From: Geosiphon pyriformis uo1
Taxonomy: Eukaryota; Fungi; Glomeromycota
Direction: 5' to 3'
Length of the DNA: 64,000 nt
NCBI GenBank assembly: GCA_016748015.1
Contig: JAAOMT010000316.1
Location: 1 to 64,000, forward strand
Below are positions 1 through 13,835 of this stretch, in pieces (position 1 is the first letter of the stretch; each line of letters starts with the position of its first letter). A model generated the notes under the pieces. It ran no database searches, was not told where the DNA came from, and saw only the letters and a program-made list of their open reading frames with translations. A program made the translations under genes and the position numbers.

Positions 1-3000
1 TCTACCTCAAAAATAAATTTGGAAATATAACAAATAAACATGATGTTAATAAAATAAATGTGTTTATATAATTTAAATTGTAATTATGTGACAATTAAGC
101 ATTATACTATTTTTATTTTATTGAGATATTTTCTTTAAGTTTTATGATAATGAAAAATTTTAACATAATATTAAAAATGATAATTATTAATTAATATTCA
201 AATTATTAAAGTTTTAAATAAAATTGTTGAAATTATAGAAATAATTTCTCTTATTTTTTTTCAGTTATTTAATAATTTGATAAATAATTGTGATTTACGT
301 CAATACTTTTCAAGTAGTGATTTTAATTTAATAATCAAATTTTCTATTAAGAAATAAATTAATTATGTTTAATAATATTTTTTTAAAAAATATTTCACAT
401 TTTTGATTATTTAGCTGTGTATTAATTTAGTTTTTAATCTTTTTTATTAAGCAAATATTTTTAGAATTGTAAAATAATTTTTCATTAATTTATTTATTTT
501 TATGTTGTTTTTTTCTGAATTAATTTTCAAAGGAGACATTTTTAATAAAAAACATCCGTTTTTAAAAATTAAGAATAGTAAATAAAGCATAAAATTGTAT
601 TGTATTATTTTTATATATTACTGAAATATTTTATTAATTTATACAATTAATTTCCTTTTCCTATTGTAATTTAATTTAATTCATTATTCAAATTTGCTTT
701 TTGTTGCCTATCAACGCCTTATTTTGACTTGAATAAAATAAAACAGATATTTTTTCAAATTTTCAAATCGAATATATTTATACTTATGGATATATTTGAT
801 AATTTATCAAAATTACAATATATTAATAAACCAACTGCAATTAAAATAGTGTTAAAAATATTAAAATTATCAAATTAAGCTATAAAATTGAAAAATCAGA
901 AAATATTTTTTACCAGCTTACAAAAGCGTATAAAGCATTAAGAAATCATTTTCAAGATCACGATATTACATTATCAGGTATGGACTCGAAATTTAATCTG
1001 AGCTAATTAGTATAAGACGAAAGCATTAATACTTTTCTTTTAAACATTTAAATAGGAAAAGTTAGTGATCTATAATCGGTGATACTAGAGAATTTATTCT
1101 CTTTATATTTAAATTTGTATTTAAGACAGCCTTTATTATAATCAAGACTTCTTTAATGTTAGAAAAATTTTTGAATCTAATTATCCCCAATTACTACTTA
1201 TTTATGATTTTTTTATTTTTATTTTTACGTTAAATTTATCAATCTATATTAACAATAAAAAAAATAAAAACAAAATAATACTCATTTTAAATATTATGAT
1301 TTATTCTTTTATCAAAGCTATTTATGTTTTTTAATTGCAATAATTTTTATTTTTCAACTCAATTATTATTATTATATATATTTTTTTCATTAGGAAATAT
1401 CTATTTTCTAATTAACTTTATTTTTTGTTTTGTCTTAATTCTGTTTTTTTTTCAATTTTTCAATTATAAATTTAAGAATTTTGCTAAAAATAGCAATTTG
1501 AATATAAAATAATTGATAAATCATAATTTAATCACAAAATAAAAAAGGTGATAAGAATCATATAATTAAAAAAATTCATGAATAATTAAAAAATATAATG
1601 ATAATATGACTAAAAAGTAGGAATAAATGTAAATTGTAAAATACATTATAAACTACTTGTATTTATAATTGTAAACAACTAACTGAAAATAGCAATTAGC
1701 TGACTAATTTCCGATGATAAATTTGAAAAAAAGCTAAAATTTTCCAAGANNNNNNNNNNNNNNNNNNNNTAAATTTTATTTAAATGAAAGTTCAGATAAA
1801 AAAATATTTAAATTGAATTGAATTGAATTTGATTGATTCAACAGAAAAGGAAGGTACCATAAATTTCATCAACAATTCTGCCTAAGTTATCATGTAAACA
1901 GTATGCTTCTTGAGCGTATAAAGCCATATAAAATAATTTATTGAGTAAAAGTTCACGTTTTACAAGTCGTTTGTAAAATCGACTTCGTATTTTGAGCCGA
2001 CTTAATTTCGATGGGGTAATTTGTGAATAATACTTTTGATGTTTTGCTAGTTTTTGATTTCAGTATTGGGACTATATAATGTGAAATTTTTTGTTTGAAA
2101 ATAGGTTTGGCTATCGGTCAAATTTAAAAATGTATATATTTTTTTCCGGCTTTTCTAATAGATATTTTGTAGAAAATGTGTTTTCGTCCACTAATGTAAC
2201 ATTATCCCAATTTATGTTACCCCTCATCTTTTGTGACCTTAAAATACATAATAAACCCAGGAAACAGAACAGTAGGCTCCAAAAATTAGTTTGAAATTGG
2301 AAAAAACCATAGAATTGATATCAAGTAAGTTGAATTTTAGCCATAAGCATATTTTGCTTGAGTTCAAATCAAAAGTTTATAGTTTGTTTGGTAAAGAGTT
2401 AAAGGTAACCATGTTTGTTATTTAAAGGATAAACTTTTTATCGGAATTTGGGCTTCAAATCTTTTACCTGAAACCATTCACATAATGTCATCACTCTGGA
2501 TACGTCGATTGTTTTCAGATCAGAACATTGATAGCCTGTGAATACATAACTTATAAAAAATACATGAATGATAATATATACTACAAAATATGGCTAATGT
2601 CTATTTAAAACAATATTTTCTACAAGTGAAAGTATTTAAAATAATGGCAAACTATTAAGAAAGAAGTTTGATACTCCAATTTTTATTTGTAAACCTTCTC
2701 AATCTTGTGGAATGAGTTTTATGTGTATAGACGCATAAAAAAACTGTCTTTTGTGTTAGTATAATCTAAAAGAAAAATTGAAGCAAAATCGAAATAATTT
2801 ATATTATCTTGCACAAAAATTAATAAAAATAAATATTATATACAGTATGAATTCTGAAAAATTACTATCTTTAATAAATTGTTAAGCTTTGTGCAAAAAC
2901 TTTTTACAGAGTCTTATATTTAGTAATATTGGTCTCTTCAATTATTACTCGTTTGATTAATAAAAAAATTCAAAATTTGTCGTGATAATTGTTTTTCAGC

Positions 3001-4419
3001 TGCTTTTTTTGGACAGCTGAGAACTTCTTGGAATCAGCTACAATTGCAATCTCATTGTGTTGCAAAAATATATTCATTTTTTGATTTAATGTTGCAATTG
3101 AGAGAATTAAATTTTTAAAAAATTCTCTATTGCTAATTTCCAAGTGGCATTTTGAGTCTCAGTGTGCAGCCTGTGGATTTTTTATTCTACGAAGCTAAAT
3201 CGCTCTGAAAGTCTAAAAAAAGATTTTGTTTAAAAAATATATAAAAAGTATATAGTTCAATTAAATTGACTTTAGGTGTACATAAAAATTAAATTTTTCA
3301 TGTAGACTAATCAAAATATTACTTATATATAAATTTTGTTTTGACTTTATATTCATTAAATACAGAGTTTATAAATTAAATGTTAAAAAGCTTAAATCAA
3401 AATTTACACTATTTTTGTAAATTTGTTATAATAACTTGCAGATAAATTTAATAGCAATAACGGATAATTTTTTTAGAAAATAATCATTTTTTTTAATCTT
3501 AATTTGAGACAAATTTATATAATTAATTTAAATTTAAAAAAAGTAATTTTTAACATTTAATAATAATAAAAATATCATTAATTCATTATACATAATAAAG
3601 GTAAAATAAATTTGTAAAATAACTTTAAAAATATAAAATCTTTTTACTAATATTTCTAAGGATTAAAATCAATTATAGAGTTTTAAAATTAAGAAAGACT
3701 ACTATATTCATTTTAATTTTTAATTAACACTGGTTAAAAATATGATTCCAAAATTCTAATTGAAAATTATATGACAGATATTTCAATATCCTTTTTTAAA
3801 ATGATTAAAGTAACAGTTTTATTATAATTCTAATATTATAATATCGATAACTATTTTTAAATAAAATTAGATAAATGTCATGAAATTTTAGAAAATAGTT
3901 ATAGATGAAACTGCAAAAAATATTTTGAGGGATACTTTTACAAGCAGAATTTATTAGAAGTAAATAATAAAATCTAAGTAGAATATTTTAGATTTGCAAA
4001 TAAGTTTTCAATCTATTTTAATCCTAAGAATTGATTGAATCTTTCTTTAATTATTCATTTTTAAAATAATTGAATCATTGAATATAAGGTTTAATATAAA
4101 AAATATTATATCTTTCCATATCTTGCTTTTCCCTAACTAATGTGTTTATTTCCGCTAACAAGTTCAATAAGAGAAAATTTTTCTAAAAATAAACTCTAAA
4201 CCTTTCGAGTAATTATATGTTAAATTTTATTTACTATTGTATTAATATCCAATATTTTAAAGGGCAAAATATTTTAATATATACTGTTACATTTAATAAA
4301 GTATAATTAAATGCGTTTATATATTTTGAATCGTTTTTTTAATAAAAATTTATTTAAGATTTGTTGATAAGCAATGTGCTTAAAAATAGTTCTTTAAAAA
4401 TATATTCTAATAAAAATTA

Positions 4420-6140
4420 AAGATATTGGAATTGCAAATAATTTACAAAGGATTAAATGTTTTCAAAAGAATAATTTAGTTTAAATTAAAAAATATTCAT
4501 ACTAATTTACTACTAATAGATACACATCAGTCAAAACTTTAATAAATAGAAATTACAAAAAATGTTAAACCATTTGAGTATAAAATTGTACTTTGTTCTA
4601 TATAAAGTATTATTAGCAAATTTTTATTTTTGTTAATCCAATAGATTAATTATCACACAATATATAACTTATAAAATTAATAGTAGTGTTATGGTTAAAT
4701 CTAACAAGCTAATAGATAAAGAAACAGTATTATATGATAAAAAAAATAATAAAAGAGTAATTTAATTTTAATGAATGAATTGAATTAGTAAGAATTCAAT
4801 ATATGAGATCAGTCTCATAAATATTTATGTTACTATTCTTTCCAAAAAAGTAACAAGATAATTAAAAGATAGAGAAATAGTTCATACTTTCAACAAAAAA
4901 TAACACACTTGTATAATTTTATGTCTTATATTAGCACTTTTAGAATTCAATATATTTTATAAAAACTAATAATTATACAAATTAAGAGAAAAAGAATAAT
5001 AAAAAGGAAATAAAAGAGTCAATATTGTTGTATTAATCTTTGCTTTGAATGAATTTGATCCAAGTGTGGATGAATTTCTACAGCTTTGAAAAGTCTTACT
5101 TATATATTCTTAAAAAGAGATCATTAATCAGATCAGTGATTACATCAATAACTAAGTTAATAATCAAGTTATTAATCAAATCAATAATTACATCAATAAC
5201 TACTAAAAATAAAGTGGCTAATTAATGGCATCAGTGCCTAATACATGTGACTAATTATAACTAAATAAATAATAAAAACAAAAAAGTAAAGTTTTAGCCA
5301 TAACAATAATAATGGTTTATCATAATTTATGCTTTGAAAACATTTTACAAAGTACAAATATATAAGTAGAATTGGAAACCTCTTATTATGTCAATTTGCA
5401 AACTATAAATCACCAACAGTACATTCAAAAGCAACAGCAAACAATAAGGTACAAGAGAAGAAAGAATTATCTGAAGTAATTCCAAATATTCTATCAGAAA
5501 TTTTAAGAGGAGAAAAATTTACTTTGGCTGGTAATACGAGAATTGTCAACATGGAAGCCTCTCTTTCATGATTTTTCGAATAATCAAATCCTTATAAAGG
5601 CTATTTTAAATGAGAAAAGACTTAAAATTACTTCTTTTATTCTACTTTCTATCGATAAACTCATTGAAACTTGTTGGGATGCTAATTCTGAGAACTGTTC
5701 TCCTGCTAAAGAGGTTAAAGAGAGCTTGAATAAAATATCTTTTAGTTTGTAAGAGTTCAAGAAGTCAGACAAGTACATAATAGAAATACAAAAGGGGACA
5801 ATTCGATAACAAACTCTTCAGGAAGATTTTCTATATAAATTTTTTTAAAAAGAACATAAACATGACGAGACAACAAAACCTCAACAACAAATTATTTAGC
5901 AATAAATTATCAAAGATTAATAACTCATCTAGGAGTTTATACCGGTTGTCTTTTAACTGCTCAAATGGTTGATTTTATAAATTATGGAATTTATTATTTA
6001 AATTTAATATACCGAACCATATTTTATTTGTACCACAAAAGAATTAGACTTTTAAAGATTTAAAAATATAATTATTTCGTACTTATTTATTTTTACTACC
6101 TATTATATTTAGATCCCTCTTAATAAATCTAATCATGATC
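4420..6140 (+). pseudogene. Degenerate TKL protein kinase, interrupted by a solo LTR
   Basis: Fragments align with the intact paralogs: IIYKG (~4438), IEITKNVKPFEYKIV (~4546; cf. IGITQNAKTLNYGIV), then after the LTR MVYHNLCFENILQ (~5312; cf. HRDLHSGNILQ), IGNLLLCQ, EILRGEKFTLAG and KPLFHDF...LIETCWDANSEN (ORF 5543-5752). The family 3' motif taataaatctaatc is at ~6121. Stops and frameshifts throughout. Confidence 0.85.
4687..5305. mobile_element. Solo LTR (same family as 43502-44224)
   Basis: Begins TGTTATGGTTAAAT and ends TTTTAGCCATAACA (TG...CA, 12/14 terminal inverted match). Shares internal blocks with 43502-44224 (aagctaatagata, agtaagaattcaat, atcagtctcataaa, gttaataatcaagt). Flanks GTAG/ATAA differ only by G>A. 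Confidence 0.8.
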
Positions 6141-6942
6141 AGTAATTGATTTTAATTTGATCGTTTCGATTATATTTAGAGGACTTCAATTGTAATGTAA
6201 ATTTTAAATATAATATTCTAAGTAAATATTTTTATCAATTTATTAACTTTTTTATAAAATTTATTCTTTCTCACCTAAAGAGCATTTTTAATTCAGAAAT
6301 ATTAATAATATAATATATTAAAATTGAAATATTTGAAACAACAATATGTAATTTTCATATAGTAAATATTTTACATTTTATTTACAATAATGTCAAATTA
6401 CCATTGAAAATAAGTAACTATTTTAATAAAACTTTCCAATTCTTATTAATTATATTTAGTATTAAAAGAGATTTTATAAATAATTATACATGCGATAATA
6501 TAATCTTGGCTATTTGAAATAGTTTAAAATAATTATAGTAGTTAGTTACATTTTTTAGTGAAAACAATATTTTAAAAATAAGTCATTTTAAATCATTTTA
6601 AATAAATAAACTTGGGTGAATATAGAACTTTTGAGATATTAATATTAGCTAATATTTCATATTCCATTAAATACATAAGCGCATTTAATATGGACCATGA
6701 AATTGATGGATGCATTTAAATGGCGGGTGGATCACACCGTATGCAATAAAAAATAAATGGTTGCAATATATAGCAGCCTCAAAAATATTGAATTTGTAGG
6801 TATAAAATACTAACCATAAATATATTTATATATCCCTATAAATTGATATTATAATAGTAAATTAAAGAATCAAGGATTTAGAATTTCTTTCATATAATAA
6901 AATTAGTATTATGAAACTTAAAATATTATTTTAATTATAAGT

Positions 6943-8463
6943 TTAAAGATTTATTTCTTGAAGCCTTGGAATGAATCGAACATTGTATGGATTAGGAGTC
7001 TGAACAAAACTTTTAAACGAATTGCTTAGATCAATTGGAAGAACCCTTCCAGTTGCATCCCGTTTCACGTTTTCGATTTTAAAGGTCCAAAGTAGCCCAC
7101 TTAAGATAGAGAGTAATTCTGCTTCAGCCTATTAAATATAAATTTTANNNNNNNNNNNNNNNNNNNNNNNNNNNNNNNNNNNNNNNNNNNNNNNNNNNNN
7201 NNNNNNNNNNNNNNNNNNNNNNNNNNNNNNNNNNNNNNNNNNNNNNNNNNNNNNNNNNNNNNNNNNNNNNNNNNNNNNNNNNNNNNNNNNNNNNNNNNNN
7301 NNNNNNNNNNNNNNNNNNNNNNNNNNNNNNNNNNNNNNNNNNNNNNNNNNNNNNNNNNNNNNNNNNNNNNNNNNNNNNNNNNNNNNNNNNNNNNNNNNNN
7401 NNNNNNNNNNNNNNNNNNNNNNNNNNNNNNNNNNNNNNNNNNNNNNNNNNNNNNNNNNNNNNNNNNNNNNNNNNNNNNNNNNNNNNNNNNNNNNNNNNNN
7501 NNNNNNNNNNNNNNNNNNNNNNNNNNNNNNNNNNNNNNNNNNNNNNNNNNNNNNNNNNNNNNNNNNNNNNNNNNNNNNNNNNNNNNNNNNNNNNNNNNNN
7601 NNNNNNNNNNNNNNNNNNNNNNNNNNNNNNNNNNNNNNNNNNNNNNNNNNNNNNNNNNNNNNNNNNNNNNNNNNNNNNNNNNNNNNNNNNNNNNNNNNNN
7701 NNNNNNNNNNNNNNNNNNNNNNNNNNNNNNNNNNNNNNNNNNNNNNNNNNNNNNNNNNNNNNNNNNNNNNNNNNNNNNNNNNNNNNNNNNNNNNNNNNNN
7801 NNNNNNNNNNNNNNNNNNNNNNNNNNNNNNNNNNNNNNNNNNNNNNNNNNNNNNNNNNNNNNNNNNNNNNNNNNNNNNNNNNNNNNNNNNNNNNNNNNNN
7901 NNNNNNNNNNNNNNNNNNNNNNNNNNNNNNNNNNNNNNTAGAGGAATAAATGGCACCTCCTATGGATAGTCAGATTTGCTATTTTATTAGATATCTAGGT
8001 CAATCTCAGAAAATCAATAAAATTTATAGTTACGTTTTTCAATAAGATCATTAATAACTTTGGGGCTGTTTATAATTATAAAGCGCTGAGGGCCAATATA
8101 AATAGTAAATATATCACCCAACTTAGCGAACCTATATTAAATAAATATATTTTAGTAAAATAAACAATTCACAATAATTTATGGGGTTATTAAAATATAA
8201 TTACGTTTTATACATAGTGCGGCTTATTAAAAAGACATGTCCTATAATAATAAATGAATTTGAAATTTAAAATCTTATTTAATTTTCAAATATATAGGGT
8301 TTGTTAATATTGTTAAATCGAAAAATATCTGAAAATTACCAAGAATAGGAATCCGGCCTGGTGCTTCAGGCAATCCCTTCAAGCCATTAATTTTCACTTT
8401 TAAGAATTTCGTTTTATAAAGGTAGAGGGAGACAAGTATGACAATAATATATAAGAGAGCCAT
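6943..8463 (-). CDS. Cytochrome P450, multi-exon; middle lost in N gap 7148-7938
   Basis: N-terminal TM anchor and proline hinge (MALLYIIVILVSLYLY...LPEAPGRIPILG). GT-AG spliced exons give HVFLISRTMYKT/FAKLGDIFTIYIGPQRFIIINSPKVINDLIEK. Last exon AEAELLSILSGLLWTFKIE...PNPYNVRFIPRLQEINL* is typical of the region after the heme Cys. The heme motif itself is in the gap. Confidence 0.85.
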
Positions 8464-10222
8464 TCACTTAAAAATATTACAAATTTTGTAAAATTCCTTC
8501 TAAAGTATTACCGTATATATACAGTATGTGAAGAAAAATTTTATCCTTTATTTTACACAATATTTCAATAACCTGTTATACAAATAAAATAACTGATAAT
8601 CATTTTGGATCATCTATATAGATTTTCTTACCCTAAAATGCTTTATATTCTTATTTATATTCAATAAGGGTTAATATCACAATTCAGGCACATACTAAAA
8701 GGATACATATTTCAAAATATCTTTAATTTTTATTGTAAATTGCTATTTATTATTATTATTAATTAAAATTAAAATTATTTTATTTTGACATATTATTCAT
8801 TGCTTTTTTATATTTAAACGAATACAAATTATTTATAAAAATAGTATTAATAGTTTTAAACCATTTATTCCTAATGTCAAAAAATTTAATTAAAGTTTTG
8901 AATACCGAAATCAAACTGTATAAAATTGAAACAAAATAAGATAATAAGTTTATATAGATTTTATTTAATTTAAAACAGTTATTATATGCACCATAAATGA
9001 TAAAAAAAATATAATTTATTTTATTATTAATAAACATAGTTTGAGTTGTATATTTTATAAATATTTATATAATGTAATCTTTTTATCTGTATTTTAAGAT
9101 TTTTGATACCAATATTTATTTTGGTTTTAGCATAACAATGCAATTTTACATACATTAAAACTACGACATATGTATATAATATTTGAGTCATTCCAAAGTT
9201 CATATTAAAAAAAATTTGTGAATATCACAAATAAACATAATGTTAATCAAAATTAATTGTGTCTATATAATTTGAAGTGTAATTATGTGACAATTTATAA
9301 TTTAAATTTTTATATTTTATTAAAATATTATAATCAACTACATGTAAATGCTTTAAAAATATTAAATCAAACAAGTGTCTTATTCAAATAGAGTATTATT
9401 TTGGATTATAATAAATCTTCAGTTAGTGAAAAATATCTTTCAAATTAATGAATTTAATAGATTTTCTTTTTAAAATTAAAAATCTTAAAATTCATTAAGA
9501 TTCTTTTTAAAATGACTAAATGGAGATTTATTTAAACAATTTAAATTTTCAATAACTCTTTCACTAATTCAAAATTTCTTCTATTAATTGTTAATAGAAG
9601 CCTTTTTCAGGAATATAAATTTATTTAATTTTAGAAAATAATTTTTGAATTTTTGACTTGAAAAAAGCTATATCATCTGATAGGAAAATATTTTGTCAAG
9701 TTGACAAGAATAAAAATTAGAAGAGACCTGCCAGTCATAACTTTTCAGATTCCATTTATTAAGTTTAGAATATTGCCAAAGGATAGGTATAATACCTATT
9801 TACTTTTTTTGTTGTACAATTCACAAATTTATTCACAAGCTTTCAAAAAGATTGAATCAATTTCTGAATCTTAACATATAGTTTCTTTATTTTATTGGAC
9901 AAATGCTAGATATATTCAAAAAAATTTTATATATCAAAAGTTTGATACAGATTCATTAAATAATTACGTGAAGCCCCAAACATTTAGATTACTCTATTTT
10001 TTCAAGGAAAAGATGGAAAATCTTTATTTTATCAAAAATGAGGACCTTAGCCTCATTTAATGAAATGAATTCTCTCTCAATGGTCAAATAGAAACTCGGA
10101 AATTATTATAGCTGATATTAAAAGGAAGATGTGAAGTATTAAAATATCTAAATAATGTTCAAAGAAACCACTTCAACTCGGCAAATCCAGGTATTTAACA
10201 TTTTCATTTGTCCTTGTTTTGC

Positions 10223-11923
10223 TCAAAACGGGCCAAGCATCCTTGGTGGAACATCTTGGGTTTGGCCTTCAAACAATGTTGATACGACCTTGTTCAAGTT
10301 TGAGCTAATTTGGAAAAACCTCTTCTGGTTTATATCAATGACTTTGACTAGAATAGTTTTGACAGATTTGACATGATGTTTAATTTCACTGGATTTATAG
10401 CACATTTCCAATCTGTCCATTGACATTGCAGCAATCATGTCACCTAAATTATTTGATAAAAGTTGTTGATCCTGAAAATGTTGAAAATTTTGTTGCAATC
10501 ATTCAATTGTTCATTTAGATACTGTACTTAATATATGTTAAACAAAAAATAGTAATGAAAATAGTAAAAAACCCTTTAATTTTATGAGTAAATGACTTGA
10601 AAAAAGAGATAAATAAATAAATCTCAAATAATTATATTTTTAGGTTTTTTTATAGATAAAAATTATTATGAAAATTTCTTACCTATAATTTTTATAGATT
10701 TAACAACAATGATAATAACGATTATATTTCCAATAGCAATAATATTTTGAAAACTTAAAAAAATAAATTCAAAGAGAAATCATTCAAAATTTCAGTAATT
10801 TTTGAATGCAAATGATTTTCGGATTTTGATTAACCCATTTGCTTAATCGAAATACAATTAGATTTTTTTGAAATTTGCCTCCTTGAAATTTTAAGATAAA
10901 AATATTAGAAATCTCAAAAAAAAGTTACTTAATTAAAGAGTAAACCATTATAAACCTTTTTCGCATCCTTTCCATACATTATCGCGGACTTCTTGTAGTA
11001 ACCGCATTTGAAATTTCTCTCCAGTTTTTACCGAATCTTTTAAATGCTTCGTTTAAAAGATTTTTCTCTATTGAATTCCATTTCCCACTGTTATAAATTC
11101 TTATATCTTCTGATGGATTATGGTAAACCGTTGTTATTATGTTTCGTTCGGCTAATAATTTCAAAAAATTCGCTAAACTTTACAACGACCTCATTCAATG
11201 TTTCAAATTTTTTTGATGACAGATTCACGTAGTTTATATGGTAGTCGTGCATGTAGAAAGGAGGCTTTTGAAGAATCTGACTTATTATGCCAAGTTTCTG
11301 TTCTAATCTCAAAATTAATTCTTCTTCTGTCAAACATGAGTCTTTTTTTGAATCTGCCAAATGATTTTTATACCGATTGTGCAAGGACTTGATACTTCGT
11401 TCAGGAAAACACCCAGTTGATAAAATAACTTTCCATTGGATCTTGCCATTGATTGAATGTTTTTCAGCAGCTAATTTTAACGTTCTATCTTCTTCGGGAG
11501 TCCATTTCTTTCTATCTTCTTTCGGAGTCCATTTCTTTCTATTTAGGGTATATTTGTGATCAATAATTGCTCTATTGGATTTTAAGTCAGTAATTTTTGA
11601 CTGGATGGCACATGGTGTTCTCGATGGAAAGTGGTTTTGGGAGATTAGTTTCCAATTTGAGCCGTGTAATTTATGTGCTTCGGATAAGGCGTTCGTTTCT
11701 TCAAAGCTCCATTTCAATCCAGTTTTAACAGCACTATATTGAGTATTTTTCAGATTTCCTAATATTCCATTGAGATTATCTAAGATTGCGATTTGAACAT
11801 AATTATCAAAAAACAGAGATGATCAGCCAGAAAATATTTTCTGAACCTTATTTATATCGGATAGATTGGATTGTAACACCATCGATATTACCTTATTTAA
11901 GTCTGCTGAGTGAAAAAAACCAT
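10223..11923 (-). pseudogene. Multi-repeat Myb/SANT protein, apparently disabled
   Basis: Myb repeats KWSFEETNAL...NWKLIS...SRT, KWTPEEDRTL...QWKVI...ERS and KWNSIEKNLLNEAFKRFGKNWREIS...RSPR*C. Frame change near 11160 with no plausible intron, and TAA at 10979-10981 where Q is expected. The 5' exon (~11850-11923) and 3' exons (10223-10880) are tentative. Confidence 0.75.
11484..11537. repeat. 27-bp tandem duplication within the Myb gene
   Basis: tctatcttcttcgggagtccatttctt followed by tctatcttctttcggagtccatttctt; encodes RKKWTPKED-RKKWTPEED. Confidence 0.95.
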
Positions 11924-12439
11924 ATTAGACTGAGGGCTACAAAATTACAAAATTAAGTGCTGATTTTTGATATGGGTATATATAAATAACTATAAGTAAC
12001 TATATTTGTTAAAATAAATCAGAATTAAATATAATATTATAAAATTTTATTATGTTTCTTGTTCAATTAAATAAAAAAGGTTTCAACCTTTAAAACTTGT
12101 ATAAAATGTTAAATAAATAGCATCTAATACCTTTTTATTTTTTAAAATAATAAATATAAGAACTCGAACTTTTAAAATTTTTTTTAGATAAAGTTCTCAC
12201 TTAAAACTTTCTATTATTTTTAAACTTTTAAGCATTGAAAATATTTAAGTAAAACGATATTTAGCAAAATTGATTCTTAACAACAAATTCAGTATTAAAA
12301 GATGTCATAATAATAATTAAAAGAGCTTTTTTAAAAGTTTAATATCAAAATTAAAATAAATTTATTCATTAGTAATTTAATGATTTTATTTTTTATGCTG
12401 TTTAGTAGAAATTTTGGTTAAAAACAATAATCATATGAA

Positions 12440-12570
12440 AGGTCACAAAATTTCTGCTCAATAAGTTTTATTTTTTCAGAGTGTAGGCCACGATGAACCA
12501 TCCCAGCAGAGTGAATTTTACCAAGTTCTTTCAGCTATAGTAACAAAGAATAGAATAATAATTTTTGGAT
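12440..12570 (-). pseudogene. Small TKL kinase catalytic-loop relic
   Basis: Minus strand reads KELGKIHSAGMVHRGLHSEKI, cf. IHSAGMVHCDLH and HRDLHSGN in the paralogs. Confidence 0.75.
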
Positions 12571-13792
12571 AAAAGTATAAAAAAAAAATATTTAGATCTA
12601 TATCATATAAATCGTTTAATTAAGCATGATCTATATTTTGATTACTGTAAACCTACTTATAAATAAATAAACAAACACTTTTACCAAAAATACTTTTTTC
12701 TATTAATCTATAAAAATAAGAATTCTCGTGTTATAAATTCTTAATTATTAAGTATTAATTATATTAATTTATAAATTTTATAATAGGCTGGTGGAAGTTC
12801 ATTGCTATTTCTAGTAATTTGAAATTCAGGGCAAAGATTTTCTATAGTCTTTAAATGGGTACTTCGCGTCGACCAAGCATGACCGCAATTACTAAATTTT
12901 GGAGAGCAGCTTTAGAGATGTGAAAAATTACCTTCTTGAAACATTCCATTGAGAAAAATGCCTTTAAAGTTAGCTTGACAAACCTTAATAATTTTAACAT
13001 GCATTAGCATGCACCTCACCTCTGACTAATTCTACACATTAATATAATTGGTCCAAGCCAATACCAAAAAAAGCATACATAGAACATTTTGCACGTATTT
13101 GGACTGTACTTTACAGGAACAGCAACACAATTTCATTCATACTCTTCCTTACTGTTTTGGAATTGTGTAAAAAGTATTTTACCTGAAAAACTACACTTTT
13201 CATTTGTTTAGATGTTCAAATATTGTTTTCGAGAACTTAAGTGAGTTGTACATGATAGTAACTTATTTTATTGCAAGTTTGAGATGGAATACATGCCGGC
13301 CAATATTTTGGTAATTTATTTTGCCAAATTCATTTCCCTACATTTCTTAATAAAAAAATTTAATATATAATCTGTAAATAATCAAAAACTCAAATATTCA
13401 ATCTTTGAAATGTAGATAGTTAATTTATTAAATAGGATTGACCAATACATTATTTTTAGGGGAATTCTTAAAACCATATGACAAAGCGAAAAAGAGTTTA
13501 CATAAATTTCAGGGAGAAACTGATGTTCTAGATTAGCAAAAACTTTATTTTTTTTATATCCTGAATGCAATTTTTTTATTATTTTATTGAAAGAATATGA
13601 AATATTAAATTTCTAATGCTTTTTAAATAACGTTTTTAAAATCTTTATAAAAAGAATAATTTAAAAGTTATAAAGCTTTTATAAAAATAACTTGAAAGTA
13701 ATTTTGAATAAAATATTTTAATTTAATTATATCTAATTACATTATTAATTCTTTCTAATAGTTCATTACTTGATTAGTTAAATAGGTTTTTT

Positions 13793-13835
13793 TTATTTAT
13801 TGTTTAAAGTTTTCGAAACTTTAAACAATAAATAA
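13793..13835. repeat. Perfect 20-bp inverted repeat with 3-nt spacer
   Basis: ttatttattgtttaaagttt-tcg-aaactttaaacaataaataa. Confidence 0.95.

Noticed and set aside
7132-7956. 274-aa ORF made of X residues (also ORF 26680-26895)
   Set aside because: Artefact of translating through N gaps.
12780-13570. Possible lipase-like relic on the minus strand (NEIVLLF, EVHA, CGHAW)
   Set aside because: Motifs lie in different frames and are too weak to support without a search.
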